Of a stretch of DNA of 64,000 bases, positions 24,801 through 38,500 are shown piece after piece. The stretch is from Azolla caroliniana (lineage: Eukaryota > Plantae > Polypodiophyta). Position 1 is the stretch's first letter; every line of letters begins with the position of its first letter. The position numbers and the translations under genes were made by a program. Where the stretch lies: assembly GCA_043228905.1 (NCBI GenBank), contig JBHGNT010000047.1, positions 62,001 through 126,000 of the forward strand, read 5' to 3'. The notes below the pieces were generated by a model. That model was not told the origin of the DNA. It was given only the letters and a program-made list of their open reading frames with translations, and ran no database searches.

Positions 24801-26612
24801 CAAGATTTTGAAACTTAGGTCGATAGACATGAAGACATTACCAAATTTGAGGAGGGAGTTGAGTAGGGCGAATGAGTAGATTAAAATGTTCATACTTCGC
24901 TCGTGTGATATCGGATTTCTTTGTTCAAACATGCGAATCAAAGCTAACAACGCTAGCTATGATATGGACTTAAAAAATCAAGATTTTGAAACTTAGGTCG
25001 AGAGACATAAAGAAATTACCAAATTTGAGGAGGGAGTTTAGAAGAGCCCTTCAGCAAATTAAAATGTTCATACCTGGCTCGTGTGATATCGGATTTCTGT
25101 GTTCAAACATGGGAATCGGAGCTAACAACGCTATCTATGATATGGAATGAAAAAATCAAGATTTTGAAACTCAGGTCGAGAGACATGAAGAAATTACCAA
25201 ATTTGAGGAGGGAGTTGAGTAGGGCCCGTTCGGAAATTAAATTGTTCATACCTCGCTCGTGTGATATCGGATTTCTGTGTTCAAACATGCGAATCGAAGC
25301 TAACAACCCTAGCTATGATATGGAATTAAAAAATCAAGATTTTGAAACTCAGGTCAGGAGACATGAAGAAATTACCAAATTTGAGGAGTGAGTTGAGTAG
25401 TGCGAATGAGTAAATTAAATTGTTCATACTTCGCTCGTTTGATATCAGATTTCTCTGTTCAAACATGCGAATCGAAGCTAACAACGCTAGCTATCATATG
25501 GAATGAAAAAATCAACATTTTGAAACTCAGGTCGAGAGACATGAAGAAATTACCAAATTTGGGGAGGGAGTTGAGTAGGGCGAATGAGAAAATTCAATTG
25601 TTCATACCTCGCTGGTGTGATATCGGATTTGTGTGTTCAAACATCCGAATCGAAGCTAACAATGCTAGCTATGATATGGAATTAAAAAAACAAGATTTTG
25701 AAACTCAGGTCGAGAGACGTGACGAAATTAGCAAATTTGAGGAGGGACTTGAGTAGGGCGAATGAGTAAATTAAATTGTTCATACCTGGCTCGTGTGATA
25801 TCGAATTTTTGTGTTCAAACATGCAAATCGAAGCTAACAACGCTAGCTATGACATGGAATTAAAAAATTAAGATTTTGAAACTCAGGTCGAGAGACATGA
25901 AGAAATTACCAAATTTGAGGAGGGAGTTTAGAAGAGCCCTTGAGCAAATTAAAATGTTCATACCTGGCTCGTGTGATATCGGATTTCTGTGTTCAAACAT
26001 GGAAATCGGAGCTAACAATGCTAGCTATGATATGGAATTAAAAAATCAAGATTTTGAAACTCAGGTCGAGAGACATGAAGAAATTACCAAATTTGAGGAG
26101 GGAGTTGAGTAGGGCCCGTTCGGAAATTAAATTGTTCATACCTCGCTCGTGTGATATCGGATTTCTGTGTTCAAACATGAAAATCGGAGCTAACAACGCT
26201 AGCTATGATATGGAATTAAAAAATCAAGATTTTGAAACTCAGGTCGAGAGACATGAAGAAATTACCAAATTTGAGGAGGGAGTTGAGTAGGGCCCGTTCG
26301 GAAATTAAATTGTTCATACCTCGCTCGTGTGATATCGGATTTTTGTGTTCAAACATGCGAATCGAAGCTAACAACCCTAGCTATGATATGGAATTAAAAA
26401 ATCAAGATATTGAAACTCAGGTCAGGAGACATGAAGAAATTACCAAATTTGAGGAGTGAGTTGAGAAGAGCCCTTGAGTAAATTAAAATGTTCATACCTG
26501 GCTCGGGTGCTATCGAATTTTTGTGTTCAAACATGCAAATCGAAGCTAACAACGCTAGCTATGACATGGAATTAAAAAATCAAGATTTTGAAACTCAGGT
26601 CGAGAGACATGA
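15000..26612 (+). repeat. Block duplication ~15000-19670 repeated at ~21942-26612 (offset 6942 = 39 monomers)
   Basis: ORF pairs 15082/22024, 15610/22552, 16264/23206, 17154/24096, 18458/25400 and 19112/26054 all differ by 6942. Rare variants are shared, e.g. GAAGAGCTAGTAGG and GGTCGATAAACACGACG. Confidence 0.9.
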
Positions 26613-29600
26613 AGAAATTACCAAATTTGAGGAGGGAGTTGAGTAGGGCGAATGAGCAAATTAAAATGTTCATACCTCGCTCGTGTGAGATCGGATTTCT
26701 GTGTTCAAACATGGGAATCGGAGCTAACAATGCTAGCTATGATATGGAATGAAAAAATCAAGATTTTGAAACTCAGGTCGAGAGACATGAAGAAATTACC
26801 AAATTTGAGGAGGGAGTTGAGTAGGGCCCGTTCGGAAATTAAATTGTTCATAGCTCGCTCGTGTGATATCGGATTTCTGTGTTCAAACATGCGAATCGAA
26901 GCTAACAACGCTAGCTATGATATGGAATTAAAAAATCAAGATTTTGAAACTCAGGTCGAGAGACATGAAGAAATTACCAAATTTGAGGAGGGAGTTGAGT
27001 AGGGCCCGTTCGGAAATTAAATTGTTCATACCTCGCTCGTGTGATATCGGATTTTTGTGTTCAAACATGCGAATCGAAGCTAACAACCCTAGCTATGATA
27101 TGGAATTAAAAAATCAAGATTTTGAAACTCAGGTCAGGAGACATGAAGAAATTACCAAATTTGAGGAGTGAGTTGAGAAGAGCCCTTGAGTAAATTAAAA
27201 TGTTCATACCTGGCTCGGGTGATATCGAATTTTTGTGTTCAAACATGCAAATCGAAGCTAACAACGCTAGCTATGAAATGGAATTAAAAAATCAAGATTT
27301 TGAAACTCAGGTCGAGAGACATGACGAAAATAGCAAACTTGAGGGGGGAGTTGAGAGGAGCCCTTGAGTAAATTAAAATGTTCATACCTCGCTCGTGTGA
27401 TATCGGATTTTTGTGTTCAAACATGCGAATCGAAGCTAACAACCCTAGCTATGATATGGAATTAAAAAATCAAGATTTTGAAACTCAGGTCAGGAGACAT
27501 GAAGAAATTACCAAATTTGAGGAGTGAGTTGAGAAGAGCCCTTGAGTAAATTAAAATGTTCATACCTGGCTCGTGTGATATCGAATTTTTGTGTTCAAAC
27601 ATGCAAATCGAAGCTAACAACGCTAGCTATGACATGGAATTAAAAAATCAAGATTTTGAAACTCAGGTCGAGAGACATGAAGAAATTACCAAATTTGAGG
27701 AGGGAGTTTAGAAGAGCCCTTGAGCAAATTAAAATGTTCATACCTGGCTCGTGTGATATCGAATTTCTGTGTTCAAACATGGAAATCGGAGCTAACAATG
27801 CTAGCTATGATATGGAATTAAAAAATCAAGATTTTGAAACTCAGGTCGAGAGACATGAAGAAATTACCAAATTTGAGGAGGGAGTTGAGTAGGGCCCGTT
27901 CGGAAATTAAATTGTTCATACCTCGCTCGTGTGATATCGGATTTCTGTGTTCAAACATGAAAATCGGAGCTAACAACGCTAGCTATGATATGGAATTAAA
28001 AAATCAAGATTTTGAAACTCAGGTCGAGAGACATGAAGAAATTACCAAATTTGAGGAGGGAGTTGAGTAGGGCCCGTTCGGAAATTAAATTGTTCATACC
28101 TCGCTCGTGTGATATCGGATTTTTGTGTTCAAACATGCGAATCGAAGCTAACAACCCTAGCTATGATATGGAATTAAAAAATCAAGATTTTGAAACTCAG
28201 GTCAGGAGACATGAAGAAATTACCAAATTTGAGGAGTGAGTTGAGAAGAGCCCTTGAGTAAATTAAAATGTTCATACCTGGCTCGGGTGATATCGAATTT
28301 TTGTGTTCAAACATGCAAATCGAAGCTAACAACGCTAGCTATGAAATGGAATTAAAAAATCAAGATTTTGAAACTCAGGTCGAGAGACATGACGAAAATA
28401 GCAAACTTGAGGGGGGAGTTGAGAGGAGCCCTTGAGTAAATTAAAATGTTCATACCTGGCTCGTGTGATATCGGATTTTTGTGTTCAAACATTCCAATCG
28501 AAGCTAACAACGCTAGCTATGATATGGAATTAAAAAATCCAGATTTTGAAACTCAGGTCGAGAGACATGACGAAATTACCAAATTTGAGGAGTGAGTTGA
28601 GAAGAGCCCTGGAGTAAATTTAAATGTTCATACCTGGCTCGTGTGATATCGGATTTCTGTGTTCAAACATGCCAATCGAAGCTAACAACGCTAGCTATGA
28701 TATGGAATTAAAAAATCAACATTTTGAAACTCAGGTCGAGAGACATGACGAAATTACGAAATTTGAGGACGGAGTCTAGTAGGGCGATTGAGTAAATTAA
28801 GTTGTTCATACCTCGCTCGTGTGATATCAGATTTTTGTGTTTAAACATGCGAAACGAAGCTAACAACGCTAGCTATGATATGGAATTAAAAAATCAAAAT
28901 TTTAAAACTTCGGTCGAGAGACATGACATATTTAGCCAATTTGAGGAGGGAGTTGCGTAGGGCGAATGAGTAAATTAAATTGTTTATACCTCGCTCGTGT
29001 GATATCGGATTTCTCTGTTCAAACATGCGAATCGAAGCTAATACCCCTAGCTATGATATGGAATTAAAAAATCAACATTTTGAAACTCAGGTCGAGAGAC
29101 ATAAAGAAATTAGCAAATTTGAGGAGGGAGTTGAGTAGGGCGAATGAGTAAATTAAATTGTTCATACCTCGTCGTGTGATATCCGATTTTTGTGTTCAAA
29201 CATGTGAATCGAAGCTAACAACGCTAGCTATGATATGGAATTAAAAAATCAAGATTTTGAAAGTTAGGTCGAGAGACATGAAGAAATTACCAAATTTGAG
29301 GAGGGAGTTGAGTAGGGCGAAGGAGTAAATTAAAATGTTCATACCTCGCTCGTGTGATATCGGATTTCTCAGTTCAAACATGCGAATCGAAGCTAACAAC
29401 GCTAGCTATGATATGGAATTAAAATATCAAGATTTTGAAACTCAGGTCGAGAGACATGAAGAAATTACCAAATTTGAGGAGGGAGTTGAGAAGAGCCCTT
29501 GAGCAAATTAAAATGTTCATACCTCGCTCGTGTGATATCAGATTTCTGTGTTCAAACATGGAAATCGGAGCTAACAACGCTAGCTATGATATGGAATTAA

Positions 29601-32600
29601 AAAATCAACATTTTGAAACTCAGGTCGATAGACATGAAGAAATTACGAAATTTGAGGAGGGAGTTGAGTAGGGCGAATGAGCAAATAAAAATGTTCATAC
29701 CTCACTCGTGTGAGATCGGATTTCTGTGTTCAAACATGGGAATCGGAGCTAACAACGCTAGCTATGATATGGAATGAAAAAATCAAGATTTTGAAACTCA
29801 GGTCGAGAGACGTGACGAAATTAGCAAATTTGAGGAGGGAGTTGAGTAGGGCGAATGAGTAAATTAAAATGTTGATACCTCGCTCGTGTGATATCGGATT
29901 TCTGTGTTCAAACATGCGAATCGAAGCTAACAACGCTAGCTATGATATGGAATTAAAAAATCAACATTTTGAAACTTAGGTCGATAGTCATGAAGACATT
30001 ACCAAATTTGAGGAGGGAGTTGAGTAGGGCGAATGAGCAAATTAAAATGTTCATACCTCACTCGTGTGAGATCGGATTTCTGTGTTCAAACATGGGAATC
30101 AAAGCTAACAACGCTAGCTATGATATGGAATGAAAAAATCAAGATTTTGAAACTCAAGTCGAGAGACGTGACGAAATTAGCAAATTTGAGGAGGGAGTTG
30201 AGTAGGGCGAATGAGTAAATTAAAATGTTGATACCTCGCTCGTGTGATATCGGATTTCTGTGTTCAAACATGCGAATCGAAGCTAACAACGCTAGCTATG
30301 ATATGGAATTAAAAAATCAACATTTTGAAACTTAGGTCGATAGTCATGAAGACATTACCAAATTTGAGGAGGGAGTTGAGTAGGGCGAATGAGTAAATTA
30401 ACATGTTCATACTTCGCTTGTGTGATATCGGATTTCTTTGTTCAAACATGCGAATCAAAGCTAACAACGCTAGCTATGATATGGAATTAAAAAATCAAGA
30501 TTTTGAATCTTAGGTCGAGAGACATGAACAAATTACCAAATTTGAGGAGGGAGTTGAGTAGTGCGAATGAGTAAATTAAGTTGTTCATACTTCGCTCGTT
30601 TGATATCAGATTTCTCTGTTCAAACATGCGAATCGAAGCTAACAACGCTAGCTATCATATGGAATGAAAAAATCAACATTTTGAAACTCAGGTCGAGAGA
30701 CATGAAGAAATTACCAAATTTGGGGAGGGAGTTGAGTAGGGCGAATGAGAAAATTCAATTGTTCATACCTCGCTGGTGTGATATCGGATTTGTGTGTTCA
30801 AACATCCGAATCGAAGCTAACAATGCTAGCTATGATATGGAATTAAAAAAACAAGATTTTGAAACTCAGGTCGAGAGACGTGACGAAATTAGCAAATTTG
30901 AGGAGGGACTTGAGTAGGGCGAATGAGTAAATTAAATTGTTCATACCTCGCTCGTGTGATATCGGATTTTTGTGTGCAAACATGGGAATCGAACCTAACA
31001 ACGCTAGCTATGATGTGGAATTAAAAAATAAAGATTTTGAAACTCAGGTCGAGAGACATTAGGAAATTACCAAAGTTGAGGAGGGAGTTGAGAAGAGCCC
31101 TTGAGCAAATTGAAATGTTCATACCTGGCTCGTGTGATATCGGATTTCTGTGTTCAAACATGGAAATCGGAGCTAACAACGCTAGCTATGATATGGATTT
31201 AAAAAATCAAGATTTTGAAACTGAGGTCGAGAGACATGAAGAAATTACCAAATTTGAGGAGGGAGTTGAGTAGGGCGAATGAGTAAATTAAATTGTTCAT
31301 ACCTCGCTGGTGTGATATCGGATTTGTAACAACGCTAGCTATGATATGGATTTAAAAAATCAGGATTTTGAAACTCAGGTCGAGAGACATGAAGAAATTA
31401 CCAAATTTGAGGAGGGAGTTGAGTAGGGCGAATGAGTAAATTAAATTGTTCATACCTCGCTAGCTATGATATGGAATTAAGAAATCAAGATTTTGAAACT
31501 CAGGTCGATAGACATGAACAAATTACCAAATTTGAGGAGGGAGTTGAGTAGGGCGAATGAGCAAATTAAAATGTTCATACCTCACTCGTGTGAGATCGGA
31601 TTTCTGTGTTCAAACATGGGAATCGGAGCTAACAACGCTAGCTATGATATGGAATGAAAAAATCAAGATTTTGAAACTCAGGTCGAGAGACGTGACGAAA
31701 TTAGCAAATTTGAGGAGGGAGTTGAGTAGGGCGAATGAGTAAATTAAAATGTTGATACCTCGCTCGTGTGATATCGGATTTCTGTGTTCAAACATGCGAA
31801 TCGAAGCTAACAACGCTAGCTATGATATGGAATTAAAAAAGCAACATTTTGAAGCTTAGGTCGATAGTCATGAAGACATTACCAAATTTGAGGAGGGAGT
31901 TGAGTAGGGCGAATGAGTAAATTAACATATTCATACTTCGCTTGTGTGATATCGGATTTCTTTGTTCAAACATGCGAATCAAAGCTAACAACGCTCGCTA
32001 TGATATGGAATTAAAAAATCAAGATTTTGAAACTTAGGTCGAGAGACATGAACAAATTACCAAATTTGAGGAGGGAGTTGAGTAGTGCGAATGAGTAAAT
32101 TAAATTGTTCATACTTCGCTCGTGTGATATCAGATTTCTCTGTTCAAACATGTGAATCGAAGCTAACAACGCTAGCTATCATATGGAAAGAAAAAATCAA
32201 CATTTTGAAACTCAGGTCGAGAGACATGAAGAAATTACCAAATTTGGGGAGGGAGTTGAGTAGGGCGAATGAGAAAATTCAATTGTTCATACCTCGCTGG
32301 TGTGATATCGGATTTGTGTGTTCAAACATCCGAATCGAAGCTAACAATGCTAGCTATGATATGGAATTAAAAAAACAAGATTTTGAAACTCAGGTCGAGA
32401 GACGTGACGAAATTAGCAAATTTGAGGAGGGACTTGAGTAGGGCGAATGAGTAAATTAAATTGTTCATACCTCGCTCGTGTGATATCGGATTTTTGTGTG
32501 CAAACATGGGAATCGAACCTAACAACGCTAGCTATGATGTGGAATTAAAAAATAAAGATTTTGAAACTCAGGTCGAGAGACATTAGGAAATTACCAAAGT

Positions 32601-35599
32601 TGAGGAGGGAGTTGAGAAGAGCCCTTGAGCAAATTGAAATGTTCATACCTGGCTCGTGTGATATCGGATTTCTGTGTTCAAACATGGAAATCGGAGCTAA
32701 CAACGCTAGCTATGATATGGATTTAAAAAATCAAGATTTTGAAACTGAGGTCGAGAGACATGAAGAAATTACCAAATTTGAGGAGGGAGTTGAGTAGGGC
32801 GAATGAGTAAATTAAATTGTTCATACCTCGCTGGTGTGATATCGGATTTGTAACAACGCTAGCTATGATATGGATTTAAAAAATCAGGATTTTGAAACTC
32901 AGGTCGAGAGACATGAAGAAATTACCAAATTTGAGGAGGGAGTTGAGTAGGGCGAATGAGTAAATTAAATTGTTCATACCTCGCTAGCTATGATATGGAA
33001 TTAAGAAATCAAGATTTTGAAACTCAGGTCGATAGACATGAACAAATTACCAAATTTGAGGAGGGAGTTGAGTAGGGCGAATGAGCAAATTAAAATGTTC
33101 ATACCTCACTCGTGTGAGATCGGATTTCTGTGTTCAAACATGGGAATCGGAGCTAACAACGCTAGCTATGATATGGAATGAAAAAATCAAGATTTTGAAA
33201 CTCAGGTCGAGAGACGTGACGAAATTAGCAAATTTGAGGAGAGAGTTGAGTTGGGCGAATGAGTAAATTAAAATGTTGATACCTCGCTCGTGTGATATCG
33301 GATTTCTGTGTTCAAACATGCGAATCGAAGCTAACAACGCTAGCTATGATATGGAATTAAAAAAGCAACATTTTGAAGCTTAGGTCGATAGTCATGAAGA
33401 CATTACCAAATTTGAGGAGGGAGTTGAGTAGGGCGAATGAGTAAATTAACATATTCATACTTCGCTTGTGTGATATCGGATTTCTTTGTTCAAACATGCG
33501 AATCAAAGCTAACAACGCTCGCTATGATATGGAATTAAAAAATCAAGATTTTGAAACTTAGGTCGAGAGACATGAAGAAATTACCAAATTTGAGGAGGGA
33601 GTTGAGTAGGGCGAATGAGCAAATTAAAATGTTCATACCTCGCTCGTGTGAGATCGGATTTCTGTGTTCAAACATGGGAATCGGAGCTAACAATGCTAGC
33701 TATGATATGGAATGAAAAAATCAAGATTTTGAAACTCAGGTCGAGAGACGTGACGAAATTAGCAAATTTGAGGAAGGAGTTGAGTAGGGCGAATGAGTAA
33801 ATTAAATTGTTCATACCTCGCTCGTGTGATATCGGATTTCTGTGTTCAAACATGCGAATCGAAGCTAACAACGCTAGCTATGATATGGAATTAAAAAATC
33901 AAGATTTTGAAACTTAGGTCGATAGACATGAAGACATTACCAAATTTGAGGAGGGAGTTGAGTAGGGCGAATGAGTAGATTAAAATGTTCATACTTCGCT
34001 CGTGTGATATCGGATTTCTTTGTTCAAACATGCGAATCAAAGCTAACAACGCTAGCTATGATATGGACTTAAAAAATCAAGATTTTGAAACTTAGGTCGA
34101 GAGACATAAAGAAATTACCAAATTTGAGGAGGGAGTTTAGAAGAGCCCTTCAGCAAATTAAAATGTTCATACCTGGCTCGTGTGATATCGGATTTCTGTG
34201 TTCAAACATGGGAATCGGAGCTAACAACGCTATCTATGATATGGAATGAAAAAATCAAGATTTTGAAACTCAGGTCGAGAGACATGAAGAAATTACCAAA
34301 TTTGAGGAGGGAGTTGAGTAGGGCGAATGAACAAATTAAAATGTTCATACCTCGCTCGTGTGAGATCGGATTTCTGTGTTCAAACATGGGAATCGGAGCT
34401 AACAATGCTAGCTATGATATGGAATGAAAAAATCAAGATTTTGAAACTCAGGTCGAGAGACGTGACGAAATTAGCAAATTTGAGGAAGGAGTTGAGTAGG
34501 GCGAATGAGTAAATTAAATTGTTCATACCTCGCTCGTGTGATATCGGATTTCTGTGTTCAAACATGCGAATCGAAGCTAACAACGCTACCTATGATATGG
34601 AATTAAACAATCTAGATTTTGAAACTCACGTCGAGAGACATGAAGAATTTAGCAAATTTGAGGAGGGAGTTGAGTAGGGCGAATGAGTAGATTAAAATGT
34701 TCATACTTCGCTCGTGTGATATCGGATTTCTTTGTTCAAACATGCGAATCAAAGCTAACAACGCTAGCTATGATATGGAATTAAAAAATCAAGATTTTGA
34801 AACTTAGGTCGATAGACATGAAGACATTACCAAATTTGAGGAGGGAGTTGAGTAGGGCGAATGAGTAGATTAAAATGTTCATACTTCGCTCGTGTGATAT
34901 CGGATTTCTTTGTTCAAACATGCGAATCAAAGCTAACAACGCTAGCTATGATATGGACTTAAAAAATCAAGATTTTGAAACTTAGGTCGAGAGACATAAA
35001 GAAATTACCAAATTTGAGGAGGGAGTTTAGAAGAGCCCTTCAGCAAATTAAAATGTTCATACCTGGCTCGTGTGATATCGGATTTCTGTGTTCAAACATG
35101 GGAATCGGAGCTAACAACGCTATCTATGATATGGAATGAAAAAATCAAGATTTTGAAACTCAGGTCGAGAGACATGAAGAAATTACCAAATTTGAGGAGG
35201 GAGTTGAGTAGGGCGAATGAACAAATTAAAATGTTCATACCTCGCTCGTGTGAGATCGGATTTCTGTGTTCAAACATGGGAATCGGAGCTAACAATGCTA
35301 GCTATGATATGGAATGAAAAAATCAAGATTTTGAAACTCAGGTCGAGAGACGTGACGAAATTAGCAAATTTGAGGAAGGAGTTGAGTAGGGCGAATGAGT
35401 AAATTAAATTGTTCATACCTCGCTCGTGTGATATCGGATTTCTGTGTTCAAACATGCGAATCGAAGCTAACAACGCTACCTATGATATGGAATTAAACAA
35501 TCTAGATTTTGAAACTCACGTCGAGAGACATGAAGAATTTAGCAAATTTGAGGAGGGAGTTGAGTAGGGCGAATGAGTAGATTAAAATGTTCATACTTC

Positions 35600-38500
35600 G
35601 CTCGTGTGATATCGGATTTCTTTGTTCAAACATGCGAATCAAAGCTAACAACGCTAGCTATGATATGGAATTAAAAAATCAAGATTTTGAATCTTAGGTC
35701 TAGAGACATGAACAAATTACCAAATTTGAGGAGGGAGTTGAGTAGGGCGACTGAGTAAATTAAATTGTTCATAAATCGCTCGTGTGAGATCGGATTTCGG
35801 TGTTCAAACATGGGAATCGGAGCTAACAATGCTAGCTATGATATGGAATGAAAAAATCAAGATTTTGAAACTCAGGTCGAGAGACGTGACGAAATTAGCA
35901 AATTTGAGGAAGGAGTTGAGTAGGGCGAATGAGAAAATTCAATTGTTCATACCTCGCTCGTGTGATATCGGATTTGTGTGTTCAAACATGCGAATCGAAG
36001 CTAACAACGCTAGCTATGATATGGAATTAAAAAACCAAGATTTTGAAACTCAGGTCGAGAGACATGAGGAAATTACCAAAGTTGACGAGGGAGTTGACAA
36101 GAGCCCTTGAGCAAATTGAAATGTTCATACCTGGCTCGTGTGATATCGGATTTCTGTGTTCAAACATGGAAATCGGAGCTAACAACGCTAGCTATGATAT
36201 GGATTTAAAAAATCAAGATTTTGAAACTCAGGTCGAGAGACATGAAGAAATTACAAAATTTGAGGAGGGAGTTGAGTAGGGCGAATGAGTAAAATAAAAT
36301 GTTCATACCTCGCTCGTGTGATATCGGATTTGTGTGTTCAAACATGGGAAGAGGAGATAACAACGCTAGTTATGATATGGAATTAAAAAATCAAGATTTT
36401 GAAACTCAGGTCGAGAGACATGAAGAAATTACCAAATTTGAGGAGGGAGTTGAGTAGGGCGAATGAGAAAATTCAATTGTTCATACCTCGCTCGTGTGAT
36501 ATCGGATTTGTGTGTTCAAACATGCGAATCGAAGCTAACAACGCTAGCTATGATATGGAATTAAAAAATCAAGATTTTGAAACTTAGGTCGAGAGACATA
36601 AAGAAATTACCAAATTTAAGGAGGGAGTTGAGTAGGGCGAATGAGTAAATTAAATTGTTCATACCTCGCTGGTGTGATATCGGATTTGTGTGTTCAAACC
36701 TGCGAATCGAAGCTAACAATGCTAGCTATGATATGGAATTAAAAAATCAAGATTTTGAAACTCAGGTCGAGAGACATGACGAAAATAGCAACCTTGATAA
36801 GGGAGTTGAGAAGAGCCCTTGAGTAAATTAAAATGTTCATACCTAGCTCGTGTGATATCGGATTTTTGTGTTCAAACATGCCAATCGAAGCTAACAACGC
36901 TAGTTATGATATGGATTTAAAAAATCAAGATTTTGAAACTCAGGTCGAGAAACATGACGAAATTACCAAATTTGAGGTGTGAGTTGAGAAGAGCTAGTAG
37001 GTAAATTTAAATGTTCATACCTGGCAACTGTGATATCGGATTTTTATGTTCAAACAAGCGAATCGAAGCTAACAACGCTAGCTATGATATGGAATTAAAA
37101 AATCAAGATTTTGAAACTCAGATCGAGTGACATGATGAAATTAGCAACCTTGACAAGGGAGTTGAGAGGAGCCCTTGAGTAAATTAAAATGTTCATACCT
37201 GGCTCGTGTCATATCGGATTTATTTGTTCAAACATGTGAATCCAAGCTAACAACGCTACCTATGATATTGAATTAAAAAATCAAGGTTTTGAAACTCAGG
37301 TCCAGAGACATGACAAATTTAGCAAATTTGAGGAGGGACTTGAGTAGGGCGAATGAGTAAATTAAAATTTTCATATCTCGCTCGTGTGATATCGGATTTC
37401 TCTGTTCAAACATGCGAATCGAAGCTAACAATGCTAGCTCTGATATGGAATTAAAAAATCAAGATTTTAAAAGTCAGGTCGAGAGACATAAAGAAATTAC
37501 CAAATTTGAGGAGGGAGTTGAGTAGGGCGAATGAGTAAATTAAATTGTTCATTCCTCGCTGGTGTGATATCGGATTTGTGTGTTCAAACATGCGAATCGA
37601 AGCTAACAATGCTAGTTATGATATGGAATTAAAAAATCAAGATTTTCAAACTTAGATCGAGAGACATGACAAAATTACCAAATTTGAGGACGGAGTCTAG
37701 TAGGGCGATTGAGTAAATTAAATTGTTCATACCTCGCTCGTGTGATATCGGATTTGTGTGTTCAAACATGCGAATCGAAGCTAACAACGCTAGCTATGAT
37801 ATGGAATTAAAAAATCAAGATTTTGAAAGTTAGGTTGAGAGACATGAAGAAATTACCAAATTTGAGGAGGGAGTTGAGTAGGGCGAAGGAGTAATTTAAA
37901 ATGTTCATACCTCGCTCGTGTGATATCGGATTTCTCAGTTCAAACATGCGAATCGTAGCTAACAACGCTAGCTATGATATGGAATTAAAATATCAAGATT
38001 TTGAAACTCAGGTCGAGAGACATGAAGAAATTACCAAATTTGAGGAGGGAGTTGAGTAGGGCGAAGGAGTAATTTAAAATGTTCATACCTGGCTCGTGTG
38101 ATATCGGATTTCTGTGTTCAAACATGGAAATCGAAGCTAACAACGCTAGCTATGATATGGAATTAAAAAATCAAGATTTTGAAACTAAGGTCGTGAGACA
38201 TGGAGAAATTAACAAATTTGAGGAGGGAGTTGAGTAGGGCGAATGAGTAAAATAAAATGTTCATACCTCGCTCGTGTGATATCGGATTTGTGTGTTCAAA
38301 CATGGGAATAGGAGATAACAACGCTAGTTATGATATGGAATTAAAAAATCAAGATTTTGAAACTCAGATCGAGAGACATGAAGAAATTACCAAATTTGAG
38401 GAGGGAGTTGAGTAGGGCGAATGAGAAAATTCAATTGTTCATACCTCGCTCGTGTGATATCGGATTTGTGTGTTCAAACATGCGAATCGAAGCTTACAAC

